Shown here: piece by piece, positions 1 through 8,237 of the stretch | Layout of the letters: every line of letters starts with the position of its first letter | Numbering within the stretch: position 1 is the stretch's first letter | Origin: Candidatus Nitrospinota bacterium M3_3B_026 | GTDB taxonomy: Bacteria > Nitrospinota_A > UBA7883 > JBPRGF01 | Assembly: GCA_051418015.1 (NCBI GenBank) | Contig: JBPRGF010000003.1 | Location: forward strand, 184,875 to 248,874 | DNA length: 64,000 nt | Direction: 5' to 3' | Notes under the pieces: generated by a model | Seen by the model: the letters and a program-made list of their open reading frames with translations, nothing else | Database searches by the model: none | Told to the model about the DNA's origin: nothing | Position numbers and translations under genes: made by a program

Positions 1-554
1 TTGTGGGGGAAGTTTATCATCATCACCTTGGGCCGCGGCCAGGCGCGCTCGAAGGCGTGGGTCAGGCTCTCGAAAAAGTCCGACCCGGACGAAAGGGGGA
101 CGTTTATCACGTCGCCGTTGGCTATGACCACGGCGTAGGTGTGTATGGGATAGGTCGGCGCCGGGACGAGAACGGAGTCCCCCGGCGCGATGATGGCCAG
201 CATCAGGTGGCTTATCCCCTCCTTGGAGCCGATGGTGACTATGGCCTCCGTCTCGGGGTCTATGTCGACGTCGAACCTGCGCCCGTACCAGTTGGCTATG
301 GCGTGGCGCAGCTTGGTTATCCCCCGGCTGGCGGAGTAGCGGTGATTCTTCGGCTTCTTCGCCGCCTCGACGAGCTTTTCCACTATGTGCGGCGGCGTGG
401 GAAGGTCCGGGTTGCCCATCCCGAAGTCTATGATGTCCTCCCCGGCGCGCCTGGCTTTCACCCTCAGGTCGGTGACCTCGGCCAGCACGTACGGCGGCAG
501 GCGCTCGATCCTCGGGAAGGTCCTCTCTTTTCCGCGTCCGGATTTGGGGCTCAT
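1..554 (-). CDS. alaC: PLP-dependent class I/II aminotransferase, AlaC (YfdZ)-like; 3' end runs off the window
   Basis: Not in the ORF track. Manual translation from ATG at 554 gives [27 protein letters not shown]...[24 protein letters not shown]...HRYSASRGI...[12 protein letters not shown]...PTYPIH...NFPH, typical of AlaC/DapL-type enzymes. Confidence 0.8.
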   Translation of the reverse strand, partial: MSPKSGRGKERTFPRIERLPPYVLAEVTDLRVKARRAGEDIIDFGMGNPDLPTPPHIVEKLVEAAKKPKNHRYSASRGITKLRHAIANWYGRRFDVDIDPETEAIVTIGSKEGISHLMLAIIAPGDSVLVPAPTYPIHTYAVVIANGDVINVPLSSGSDFFESLTHAFERAWPRPKVMMINFPH

Positions 555-776
555 GATATTGCGTGCGTGTCCTTGTGCTAAAAAACCTCGGAAAAAACGG
601 GCATATCGTCCCGCATCGGCGTAAATTTTAGATTAAATAACAATTCCGGGAAATTTGCAATCCGGCGTTTTCGCGGATGGTGGGTCAGTTTCAAATTTTC
701 CTGAAAGGTGGAGGTCCTTCGCCAGGCGGCTCGGGACGCCGCTGCGTGGCGGTTTTTTCTCCTCCCGTTTCCGAGG

Positions 777-805
777 TTGACTGCCGCGCCGCGCCGAAGT
801 AAAGT
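777..805 (+). promoter_or_regulatory. Putative sigma-70 promoter for the nitroreductase/GT-C pair
   Basis: TTGACT-N17-TAAAGT, about 140 nt upstream of ATG 946. Confidence 0.45.
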
Positions 806-945
806 CTTTTCAGAGCAGTTCATAACCTGCCGGAGCGGCTTGCGTTGCGAAGGAGGGGGAGGCGCTCGGGAATTCCGGGACGCCGTTTCGTCCCGCGAGC
901 AACCCGCCGGGTTCACCGGTCCGCCGCCGCGGGGGAGGGAAGCGG

Positions 946-1611
946 ATGGATATCCTGAAAATCATTAAAGCGCGCGCGTCTACCCGCGCCTTCCTTGAAA
1001 AGGCCGTGGACGCGAAAACGATCGAATCCATCCTCGAGGCGGCCAGGTGGGCGCCGTCCTGGGTCAACATCCAGCCGTGGCGGGTCGTTGTGGTCACCGG
1101 CGATACGAAGGACAAGATAGGCGAGGCGTATTACAGAGCCCGCCTTTCGGGAGCGCGGCCGAGGCCGGATTTTCCTTTCCGGCCAGAGCAATGGGGCGAG
1201 CCTTACAAGTCAAGACGGAGGGCCTGCCGGGCCGCCCTTTTCACCGCCCTTGGCATAAGGCTCAAAGACAGGGAGGGACGCCTGAGGGCCTGCATGGGCG
1301 GCTACCGTTTTTTCGGCGCGCCTGCCGGCCTGATGCTTTTCATGGACAGGGGGTTTGGCGCAAGCTCTCTGCTGGATATCGGCATGTTCGCCCAGAACAT
1401 CGCCCTGGCGGCGCAGGGCTACGGCCTTGGCGCCTGCGCTATCGCGGCCGTGGCGGAGTATCCCGGCATCGCCCGCTCGATATTGAAAATACCGGAGTCC
1501 GAGGGGCTGGCGCTGGGCATGGCCCTGGGATACGCCGACACCGGAGCCCCCATAAACGCCGTCAGGCCGGGGCGGGCGGACGTCGCGTCTTTCACCACGT
1601 GGTATGACTGA
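946..1611 (+). CDS. Nitroreductase family protein
   Basis: R-x-S-x-R-x-F N-terminus, APSWVNIQPW, DIGMFAQNIALAAQGYGLGAC, C-terminal LGY motifs. Confidence 0.9.
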   Translation: MDILKIIKARASTRAFLEKAVDAKTIESILEAARWAPSWVNIQPWRVVVVTGDTKDKIGEAYYRARLSGARPRPDFPFRPEQWGEPYKSRRRACRAALFTALGIRLKDREGRLRACMGGYRFFGAPAGLMLFMDRGFGASSLLDIGMFAQNIALAAQGYGLGACAIAAVAEYPGIARSILKIPESEGLALGMALGYADTGAPINAVRPGRADVASFTTWYD

Positions 1612-3421
1612 AAAACCGGCCAGCGGCTCATCGTCTTCGCGCCTGGCTGTCTTGATTATCTTCGCGGCGGCGCTTGTCTTGCGTCTTTTGCATTTGGCCG
1701 CGAGCGCGGACAACCCCCTGCTTTACAGCCCCGCCCTGGACGAGGCCTACTACATTGCCCTGGGCAGGTCCATCGCCTCCGGGCGCCTGTTGGGCGAGCA
1801 GGGGCTTTTTTTCATGGACCCGCTCTACGGCTACGTCCTGGGCGGGCTTTTTCATGTCTTCGGCGACAACCTCACCACCGTCCGACTGCTCCAGGTTGTG
1901 CTCGACTCGATCAACGCCGTGCTGGTCTGCGCCCTGGCCTCGCGGGTGTGGGACCGGCGGGCGGGCCTTTTCGCGGGTTTTTTTTACGCCGCCTACAAGA
2001 CCTCCTTTTTCTACACCCTGCTCGTTCTGAAGACCACGCTGGCGATCACGGCGCTTCTCGTCTTCACCATAGCCATAATGGGCGCGGGCAGAAAAGGCGG
2101 CGCGGTCCGATGGCTCGGCCTGGGGGCGCTGGTTGGTTTTTCGACGCTTCTGCGCGGAAATTTTTTGCTGCTTGCCCCGCTAGGGATATTGATGTACCTG
2201 GTAATCGAAAAGCCCGGCGCGCGCGAATTTTTTAAAAACACCGGGTCTTTCGCGCTGGCGATCTTTCTGGTCCTCTCCGCAATGGCCGCGCGCAACTACG
2301 CCGCCGCGGGCGATCTCGTTTTCCTCAACACGCAGTCCGGCAGGCTTCTTTACGCCTCCAACAACCCGGAGAACCTGACCGGCAGGTACAACGTCCCCTC
2401 CTTCTCCCGGCCGAACCCCGAAGACTCCGAGCGCGACTTCCACGCCGAGGCCGAGCGCAGGCTCGGCAGAAGTCTCTCTCCCGGCGAGGTGTCGAGCTAC
2501 TGGCGGGGCGAGGCGCTCTCTTTTCTCATCAAAAATCCCGGCGCGGCGGCGAGGCTGGTCTTCAACAAGATGAAGGGGACGCTGGGCGATTACGAGATAC
2601 CCAACAACCATTCCTTTTACCTGGCCGCGCGTTTCTCGGAGGTTTTAAGGTTTCCCCTGCCCGGTTTCGCCTTCGCGCTGGCCCTCGGCGCGCCGGGCCT
2701 TTTCCTGGCGATGCGCGGCCGGCGGGAGGCGTTGTGGCTGCTCGCGCCGATCGGAGCGACGCTGATTACAATCCTCGTCTTCTACACCTCGTCGCGGTTC
2801 CGGGCGCCGCTGGCTCCTTTTTTACTGGCCGGCGCCGGGGTGAGCGCTTCGGCGCTGATCGGGCTTGCGAGGCGGAAAAAAGCGGCCCGCGCCGCCGGCT
2901 TCATAGTCGTCCCGGCGGTTTGCCTGTTCCTGCTGTCTTTATCCATCCCCGCGCCGCCGGGGTCCGGCAACGAGGAATTTTTACTGGCGAAGGCTTACTG
3001 GCGCCAGGGCAGGCCGGGCGACACCTGGGATATCGCACGGGAGGCCGCCGAAAAATATCCCGCCCAGGCAAGATTCCACACCCTCATGGGGATGGCGGCG
3101 CTTTCGGCCGGGAAGCTTGATGAAGCGGAGGGGGCCTTCTCGACGGCGGCGCGGATGGAGCCGGGCGGCGCGGACGCCTATCACAACATGGGACTTGTCC
3201 ACCTGTCCGCCGGGCGCCCTCAAAAAGCCCTGGAGGCCCTGCGAAAAGCGGTGGAGATCGACCCTCGCCCGGAAAGCTTTTTCGTCATGGGCAGGGCGGC
3301 CGAAAGCATGGGGAATAAAGAGGGCGCCGCGGTCTATTACGAGCGGGCCCTGGAGACGCTGAAACCGGGCGACCCCCTGCGGGACCGCGTGTCGGAGAGG
3401 CTGGCCGGGCTGAGGGACTGA
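1604..3421 (+). CDS. GT-C (PMT/ArnT-like, GT39-type) membrane glycosyltransferase with C-terminal TPR repeats
   Basis: LDEAYY acidic motif after TM1, many hydrophobic helices, C-terminal TPR-like repeats (AYHNMGLVHL...ALRKAVEIDP); overlaps the upstream stop codon. Confidence 0.8.
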   Translation: MTEKPASGSSSSRLAVLIIFAAALVLRLLHLAASADNPLLYSPALDEAYYIALGRSIASGRLLGEQGLFFMDPLYGYVLGGLFHVFGDNLTTVRLLQVVLDSINAVLVCALASRVWDRRAGLFAGFFYAAYKTSFFYTLLVLKTTLAITALLVFTIAIMGAGRKGGAVRWLGLGALVGFSTLLRGNFLLLAPLGILMYLVIEKPGAREFFKNTGSFALAIFLVLSAMAARNYAAAGDLVFLNTQSGRLLYASNNPENLTGRYNVPSFSRPNPEDSERDFHAEAERRLGRSLSPGEVSSYWRGEALSFLIKNPGAAARLVFNKMKGTLGDYEIPNNHSFYLAARFSEVLRFPLPGFAFALALGAPGLFLAMRGRREALWLLAPIGATLITILVFYTSSRFRAPLAPFLLAGAGVSASALIGLARRKKAARAAGFIVVPAVCLFLLSLSIPAPPGSGNEEFLLAKAYWRQGRPGDTWDIAREAAEKYPAQARFHTLMGMAALSAGKLDEAEGAFSTAARMEPGGADAYHNMGLVHLSAGRPQKALEALRKAVEIDPRPESFFVMGRAAESMGNKEGAAVYYERALETLKPGDPLRDRVSERLAGLRD

Positions 3422-3454
3422 GACTTTTCATCCAGGACAACGATAGCGGGCCAG

Positions 3455-5770
3455 TCATTTATAGTCTATAAGCGTGAACCCGGTCCACCACATATCGCCC
3501 GCCTTCCCGCCGAGGGTCACCAGCGCGTGGTTGCCGAGAGTTTTCGTGGTGTGATCGACGCCCTTTATTTTCAACCGTTCCAAAAGCTCCGGCGCGTCCG
3601 CCTCCGCCGCCAGCGCGGCCACGCCGGGGCCGGTCTCGATTTTTGAGCTTGCGTCGGCCAATTTCTTCTCACCGTGGAGTGATGGAGCCACGAGCTGAAA
3701 ATCCCTTCCCTTCATGTCGTAAAGCCAGGCTGTATACCACCTGTCCGCGGCGAGCGTCTTAAAACCCTGCGCCGCTCTAAAAAGCTCCTCCGGGGAGGGG
3801 CGGGGCTCGTCTTCCAGAAGGACACCTTCCCTCCAGCCCGGTTTCGTCCCGTCCAGCTCGTATATGAAAAGCTCGTGGATGTCATACTCCCGGTCCGCCG
3901 AATGCTCTATCTCGAACCGTATGAGCCTCGCCTCGACGGGCGGAAAGTTCCATTCCTGGAAATCTCTTTCAAACTCGGCTATCTGGCGGAAGAAGACCTT
4001 CGGCCCCTGGGGGACGAAAAAGGAGACCGGCGAGGGGGGGTGGATGCGCCTCCAGTCCCGCCCGTCCGTGGAGACGGAAAGACCGGCGCGGTCGGGCCAT
4101 CGGCGGCCGTAGACGGCGCGTATCCTGGTTATCATGCGCGGCCTGTCAAGCTCCACGGTGAAGGAGCCGTTGGAGTGATGTGTTGTGAAGAATTTCCTGT
4201 CGCCAAGGGGGACAAGCTCCGGCGGCAGCCTCCACTCCTCCGGCGGGACGGACACAGCGGGCCAGCGCCGCGCCGATATGTTCCGAACGGCGTTCGCGCC
4301 GTTGATCGACACCTTCTCGTAACCCTCCCGGCAGCAGGCCGAAAACCCCTCAAAAAGCTCCCCGGCGGACAGGGGGGCATGAACCGCCGCGGCGGGGTCT
4401 TTCTCCACCCGGTTGTTCTTCCAGTAGGAGCGGGCCCCGCCCCAGGGGATGGCCAGCAGAGGCGCGCCCTGGACCTTCGCCTCGTAGGTCAGCCTGTAGG
4501 CGCCGTTGTAGTCGTCTTTCCATACGAGGTTTTCTATTCCCTGGCGGGCCGCGTCCTTTACGGCGGCGGAGTAGAAATTTTTCAGCGCGGCTTCCCCCTT
4601 CCAGATCGATCGGAAGCCAAGGTCTGAGCCCCAGGCCGCCGGCGCCACGATCACACCGAGGAGGAGCGCCGCGGCGGCGCGGGAGCGGGAGTATATCCAC
4701 GAAAAGACCAGGGCGGCGGCGGCGTAGAGGGATACGGCGATGGGGAGGAGCCAGCGCGTCTGCTGATCTAATGAACGATCGTTCAAAAGATAGAGGGTCA
4801 AAAATATCGCCGTGAAGACAAGCAACGGGAGCCGGGCGCGGCTTTTTTCCCGTCCTGGGCCGGCAAGCGCCCGGAAGATGACGGCGGCCAGGGCCAGGAT
4901 AAGCAGCCCGAAGGATATCCACGACAGGGCAACGAGCGCCGCTGGCGGGGAAAGACCCGCGGCGGGGATGAAGATATCTTTAGCGGTGTGATACAGGGCC
5001 GTGAACCGCTCGCCGATATGATCCAGGCCCGGATGGCCGGTGGCGGTGTCGGCCATGGTTTTTGAGAACATGAAGGCCGCGGGGGCCGCGCCGATCGCGA
5101 ACCCGGCGAGGGCGGACGCCGTCCTGCCGTTGAACGCGAAACGCTCCGCCAGAAGGATAAAAATCGCCGCCGTGGCGATAGCCGGGACGGAAAGGAGAGT
5201 GGTCCACAACAGAATCCCCGCCAGAATGCCGATAGCGAAATGCGACCCCGCGCCGTATCCCGCTCCGGTGCGACGGCGGGCGGCGAACCAGACCAGCGCC
5301 GCCGACCCGGCGACGGCCTCCGGGTAGCACCCCCTGGGGGTTGTGGTGTAAAAGGTTATGGTAAAAGGCGTTATGGCCCACATCAGCGCGCAGGCGAGGC
5401 CCGCCGCCCTGCCGCCGAGGACGGAGCCCAGAAGGTGGAAGGCGAACACGCCGAGGGTTGAGACCAGGACCGGCGCGAAGGGGATCATGCCCCAGCCGGA
5501 GTCGAAAAAAAGATACAAAGGCGCCGTGATCCACGCCTCGATGGCGCCCATGTAATGCTGCCCGTAATAGCTTATGGGGAAGGCGCGTCCCTCGGCGATG
5601 TCGGACGCCATGAGGGCGATAACGATGGCGTCGCCTTTGGGCAGCCTCATCCCGGCGTAATGGACCCTGACGAGAAGGGCCGCGAGGACAACCGCGAAAA
5701 GAGCCGCGGACGCTGGCTGGAGCCCCGTTGAAAAATTCAGGCGTAAAAGACGCGGCGCGGTCATTCTCAC
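3455..5770 (-). CDS. GT-C-like polytopic membrane protein with a C-terminal extracytoplasmic region containing a discoidin/F5-8C-like segment
   Basis: GDAIVIALMA...FPISYYGQHYMGAIEAW N-terminal loop, about 11 TM helices, C-terminal VELDRPRMITRIR...VSTDGRDW...PVEARLIRF. Confidence 0.65.
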   Translation of the reverse strand: MRMTAPRLLRLNFSTGLQPASAALFAVVLAALLVRVHYAGMRLPKGDAIVIALMASDIAEGRAFPISYYGQHYMGAIEAWITAPLYLFFDSGWGMIPFAPVLVSTLGVFAFHLLGSVLGGRAAGLACALMWAITPFTITFYTTTPRGCYPEAVAGSAALVWFAARRRTGAGYGAGSHFAIGILAGILLWTTLLSVPAIATAAIFILLAERFAFNGRTASALAGFAIGAAPAAFMFSKTMADTATGHPGLDHIGERFTALYHTAKDIFIPAAGLSPPAALVALSWISFGLLILALAAVIFRALAGPGREKSRARLPLLVFTAIFLTLYLLNDRSLDQQTRWLLPIAVSLYAAAALVFSWIYSRSRAAAALLLGVIVAPAAWGSDLGFRSIWKGEAALKNFYSAAVKDAARQGIENLVWKDDYNGAYRLTYEAKVQGAPLLAIPWGGARSYWKNNRVEKDPAAAVHAPLSAGELFEGFSACCREGYEKVSINGANAVRNISARRWPAVSVPPEEWRLPPELVPLGDRKFFTTHHSNGSFTVELDRPRMITRIRAVYGRRWPDRAGLSVSTDGRDWRRIHPPSPVSFFVPQGPKVFFRQIAEFERDFQEWNFPPVEARLIRFEIEHSADREYDIHELFIYELDGTKPGWREGVLLEDEPRPSPEELFRAAQGFKTLAADRWYTAWLYDMKGRDFQLVAPSLHGEKKLADASSKIETGPGVAALAAEADAPELLERLKIKGVDHTTKTLGNHALVTLGGKAGDMWWTGFTLIDYK

Positions 5771-5840
5771 GCCGGGTATTTTACAACCTTGCGGGCGCCG
5801 GCGGCCAGCGGGATAGATGACAACGGCGCGGTTGACCCGT

Positions 5841-5935
5841 CACGAGACTCTTCGCTTCGCATGACAGCGTAAAAGACGGTGTCATCCTGAGCCCCTTCGG
5901 TTTCGCCTCAGGGCAGGCTCCGGCGAAGGATCCCG
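5841..5935. repeat. REP-like intergenic repeat, two degenerate oppositely oriented copies
   Basis: cacgagactcttcgcttcgcatgaca (5841-5866) and tgtcatcctgagc...cggcgaaggatcccg (5880-5935) match the consensus TGTCATCCTGAGCGCCAGCGAAGGATCTCGTG seen at 18542, 23665 and 27254. Confidence 0.7.
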
Positions 5936-5987
5936 ATGTCTGCGCGGCGCGGCGCCGCAGGATAGTGAGTTGTTTTAAGGGGGGGAC

Positions 5988-6056
5988 AAAAAAACGCGGG
6001 AAAGAGGCCGCCGGAGCCTCTTGATCGGGGGGGAACCGGAAGGGGGCTCCGGCGGC
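5988..6056 (-). terminator. Candidate intrinsic terminator after the two small ORFs
   Basis: 12-bp perfect stem gccgccggagcc/ggctccggcggc (6007-6056), followed on the minus strand by ctcttt and then a T7 run. Confidence 0.5.
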
Positions 6057-6096
6057 GGCTCTATCCTGCGATTGTTCGCTATTTCCGGGCGAACGG

Positions 6097-6186
6097 TCAG
6101 TGAGGGAGCGTCTGCGACGCGGTGAAAAGATAGGCGAAAGCCGTTATCATCAGCGCCGTCATCATGTCCTTTACCGGGATTATCAT
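6097..6186 (-). CDS. Small hydrophobic protein, 29 aa (MIIPVKDMMTALMITAFAYLFTASQTLPH)
   Basis: AAGGAG Shine-Dalgarno 8 nt upstream of ATG, one hydrophobic stretch, second ORF downstream of a sigma-54 promoter; below the ORF-track size cutoff. Confidence 0.55.
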   Translation of the reverse strand: MIIPVKDMMTALMITAFAYLFTASQTLPH

Positions 6187-6236
6187 CGCTTCCACTCCTT
6201 CTTAATGAAAACCGTCCGCGCCCTCCGCCGGGTTAT

Positions 6237-6353
6237 TCAGCCGGCCAGGGCGATGGTGAAGATCAGCATGTAGGCGACCGACAACGTGCCCATCACACCG
6301 ACCATGCCCAGAATAAAAGCGCTCTCTTCCAGATTCTTTATCGTGTCAACCAT
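6237..6353 (-). CDS. Small membrane protein, 38 aa (MVDTIKNLEESAFILGMVGVMGTLSVAYMLIFTIALAG)
   Basis: Strong AAGGAGG SD just upstream of ATG; uncharged C-terminal stretch of about 27 residues; first ORF after the sigma-54 promoter. Confidence 0.65.
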   Translation of the reverse strand: MVDTIKNLEESAFILGMVGVMGTLSVAYMLIFTIALAG

Positions 6354-6446
6354 CTTTCAATCCTCCTTTTTCAATTGCCAGCATCCTCGCCGATGCCTGT
6401 TTACCGTTTTCCGCGGCCCCGTTGGCCGCCTTCGCCCTATACATAT

Positions 6447-6462
6447 AGCAACCCCCGTGCCA
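6447..6462 (-). promoter_or_regulatory. Sigma-54 (RpoN) -24/-12 promoter
   Basis: Minus strand reads TGGCACGGGGGTTGCT, an exact match to TGGCAC-N5-TTGCW. Confidence 0.75.
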
Positions 6463-6691
6463 TTTTATTAGCCTTTGTATTACAAAAGGATATCGTTTCA
6501 GGCGGGTTCCTGGCGCCGCCATGGAAGGACATGATGTCCTGTTTCCGGGCGCCGGCCGCGGCCTGTAGCGGGACATCGGGACGGCCGGACCGGGCGCCGT
6601 CCGCGGCATTTGGGAGGGGATCAGGGTTCGCGGATAATCGGGCGAAAAACAGGGCAGAAAAATTCGCCGCCCGAGGAGAGACGGGAGGGGG

Positions 6692-7015
6692 TCAATCCCG
6701 TCCAGGCTCTATGGTGCAGGTCAGCGGAAAGCCGCTCGCCCGTGCCTGCTGGTGTGTCTGCTCGACCTTGAACTCCGCCCTCTCCAGCGGCATCTGGGCG
6801 ATCCTTTCCAGCCCGTTGTTGTGTATGCTCAGCATGGTCCGCTCCGCCTCCCACAGGTCGAAGCCGTATATCCTGACAAGCGCGTCCACGACAAACTCCA
6901 TGGTGGTGACGGGGTCGTTGTGCATCACCACCCAGTAAAGCGGCGCGAAGCTTTCGCGCTCAGCGGCGTTGGTGTATGATTCCGTCCCAACGCCTGGTTT
7001 ATTTTTCCCGGTCAT
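6692..7015 (-). CDS. clpS: ATP-dependent Clp protease adaptor ClpS
   Basis: YWVVMHNDPVTTMEFVV...MLSIHNNG...AEFKV...ARASGFPLTCTIEP. Confidence 0.9.
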   Translation of the reverse strand: MTGKNKPGVGTESYTNAAERESFAPLYWVVMHNDPVTTMEFVVDALVRIYGFDLWEAERTMLSIHNNGLERIAQMPLERAEFKVEQTHQQARASGFPLTCTIEPGRD

Positions 7016-7052
7016 GGCCGTGTCCTCATGGTCGATGCTATATTAAATTTTA

Positions 7053-8237
7053 ATGGACGAAAAGCTTTCGAAAGTCAACTTTCTTTGCCAGTACCTGTCC
7101 TCCTCCCGCTCCGAGGAGCAGGTCCTGGACATGGCGATGATGATATCCCATGACATCCTGGGGTACGACCACGCCATCGTCCGGTTCGTGGAGGACGACA
7201 GGCTGGTCTCGCGCAAGTGGATAGGCTTTCCCCGGGAGGCGGCCGACCTCCTGATCCGCGTGGGGGAGGGGATCACGGGCGAGGTGGCGCGCGCAGGCGA
7301 GAGCATGATGGTGGACGACACGCTGAAAGACCCCCGGTTCATCACCGGTGCCGAGGGGACGCGGTCGGAGCTTTGCGTCCCCCTGACATACAACAACCGT
7401 GTCATAGGCGTCTTCAACGTGGAGAGCGAACGTCCCGCCTTTTTCACCCGGCGCGACAAGAACCTGCTGGAGACCCTCGCTTCCCAGATCGCCGCTGCCG
7501 TGGAGACGGCCAGGCTGCGCGAGGAGCTCGTGAAGGCGGAGAAGCTGTCGGTGGTCGGCTCCATGGCGTCCTCCATCCTCCACGATATCCGCAACGACAT
7601 CCACCGGCTGCGCGCCTGCTCCGACCTGTTGAAAAAGAAGGACGCCCCGCAGGAGCGGACGGAGAGGATATCGGAGATGGTCCGAAAATCCGCCGATAAC
7701 ATATACGGCCTCATCGAGGACATCTTCGAGTTCGTCAAGACGGGCCGGACCATGCTCCAGCTGGAGAAGACCCACCTTGCGCCCCTGCTGGACTCCATAG
7801 CGGGCCAGCTGCTGGCCTCCGCGCCGGAAAACGTGAGCATGACCGTGGAGGCCGACCCCGCGATAGAGCTTGCTCTTGATACGAGACGGTTCCGCCGGAT
7901 GATGCTCAACCTGCTCAACAACGCCGTGGAGGCGATGCCCGGCGGCGGACGGATAAGGCTCCAGGCTTTGGCGGGGGAAGATGAGCGGGTTCTCATAAAA
8001 GTCAGCGACACCGGCATCGGAATCGAAAAGGCCAGGATCCCCAGGATCTGGGACGCCCTCTACACCCATGGCAAGAAGGAGGGCACGGGCTTCGGCATGG
8101 CGATAGTCAAAAAGATCGTCGAGGACCACGGCTGGAGCGTCGCCGTGGAGTCGGAGAAGGGGAAGGGGGCGACCTTCACCATCACCGCGGCCCCGGCAGG
8201 GGCCGAAAACCAGGGAGGCGGCCCGGCCGGCCGATGA
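7053..8237 (+). CDS. Cytoplasmic GAF-domain sensor histidine kinase
   Basis: GAF (GEGITGEVA...SELCVPL...VIGVFNVES), H-box (ILHDIRN), N-box (NLLNNAVEAM), G1 (DTGIGI), G2 (GTGFGMAI). Confidence 0.9.
   Translation: MDEKLSKVNFLCQYLSSSRSEEQVLDMAMMISHDILGYDHAIVRFVEDDRLVSRKWIGFPREAADLLIRVGEGITGEVARAGESMMVDDTLKDPRFITGAEGTRSELCVPLTYNNRVIGVFNVESERPAFFTRRDKNLLETLASQIAAAVETARLREELVKAEKLSVVGSMASSILHDIRNDIHRLRACSDLLKKKDAPQERTERISEMVRKSADNIYGLIEDIFEFVKTGRTMLQLEKTHLAPLLDSIAGQLLASAPENVSMTVEADPAIELALDTRRFRRMMLNLLNNAVEAMPGGGRIRLQALAGEDERVLIKVSDTGIGIEKARIPRIWDALYTHGKKEGTGFGMAIVKKIVEDHGWSVAVESEKGKGATFTITAAPAGAENQGGGPAGR

Noticed and set aside
3..581. 192-aa plus-strand ORF in the track
   Set aside because: Antisense shadow of the alaC-like gene, whose minus-strand frame carries clear aminotransferase motifs.
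800..945. Cobalamin riboswitch before the nitroreductase (acctgcc resembles the B12-box end)
   Set aside because: The other conserved elements (GGGAA, GCCACTG, GGGAAG in order) were not found, and the protein is not clearly BluB.
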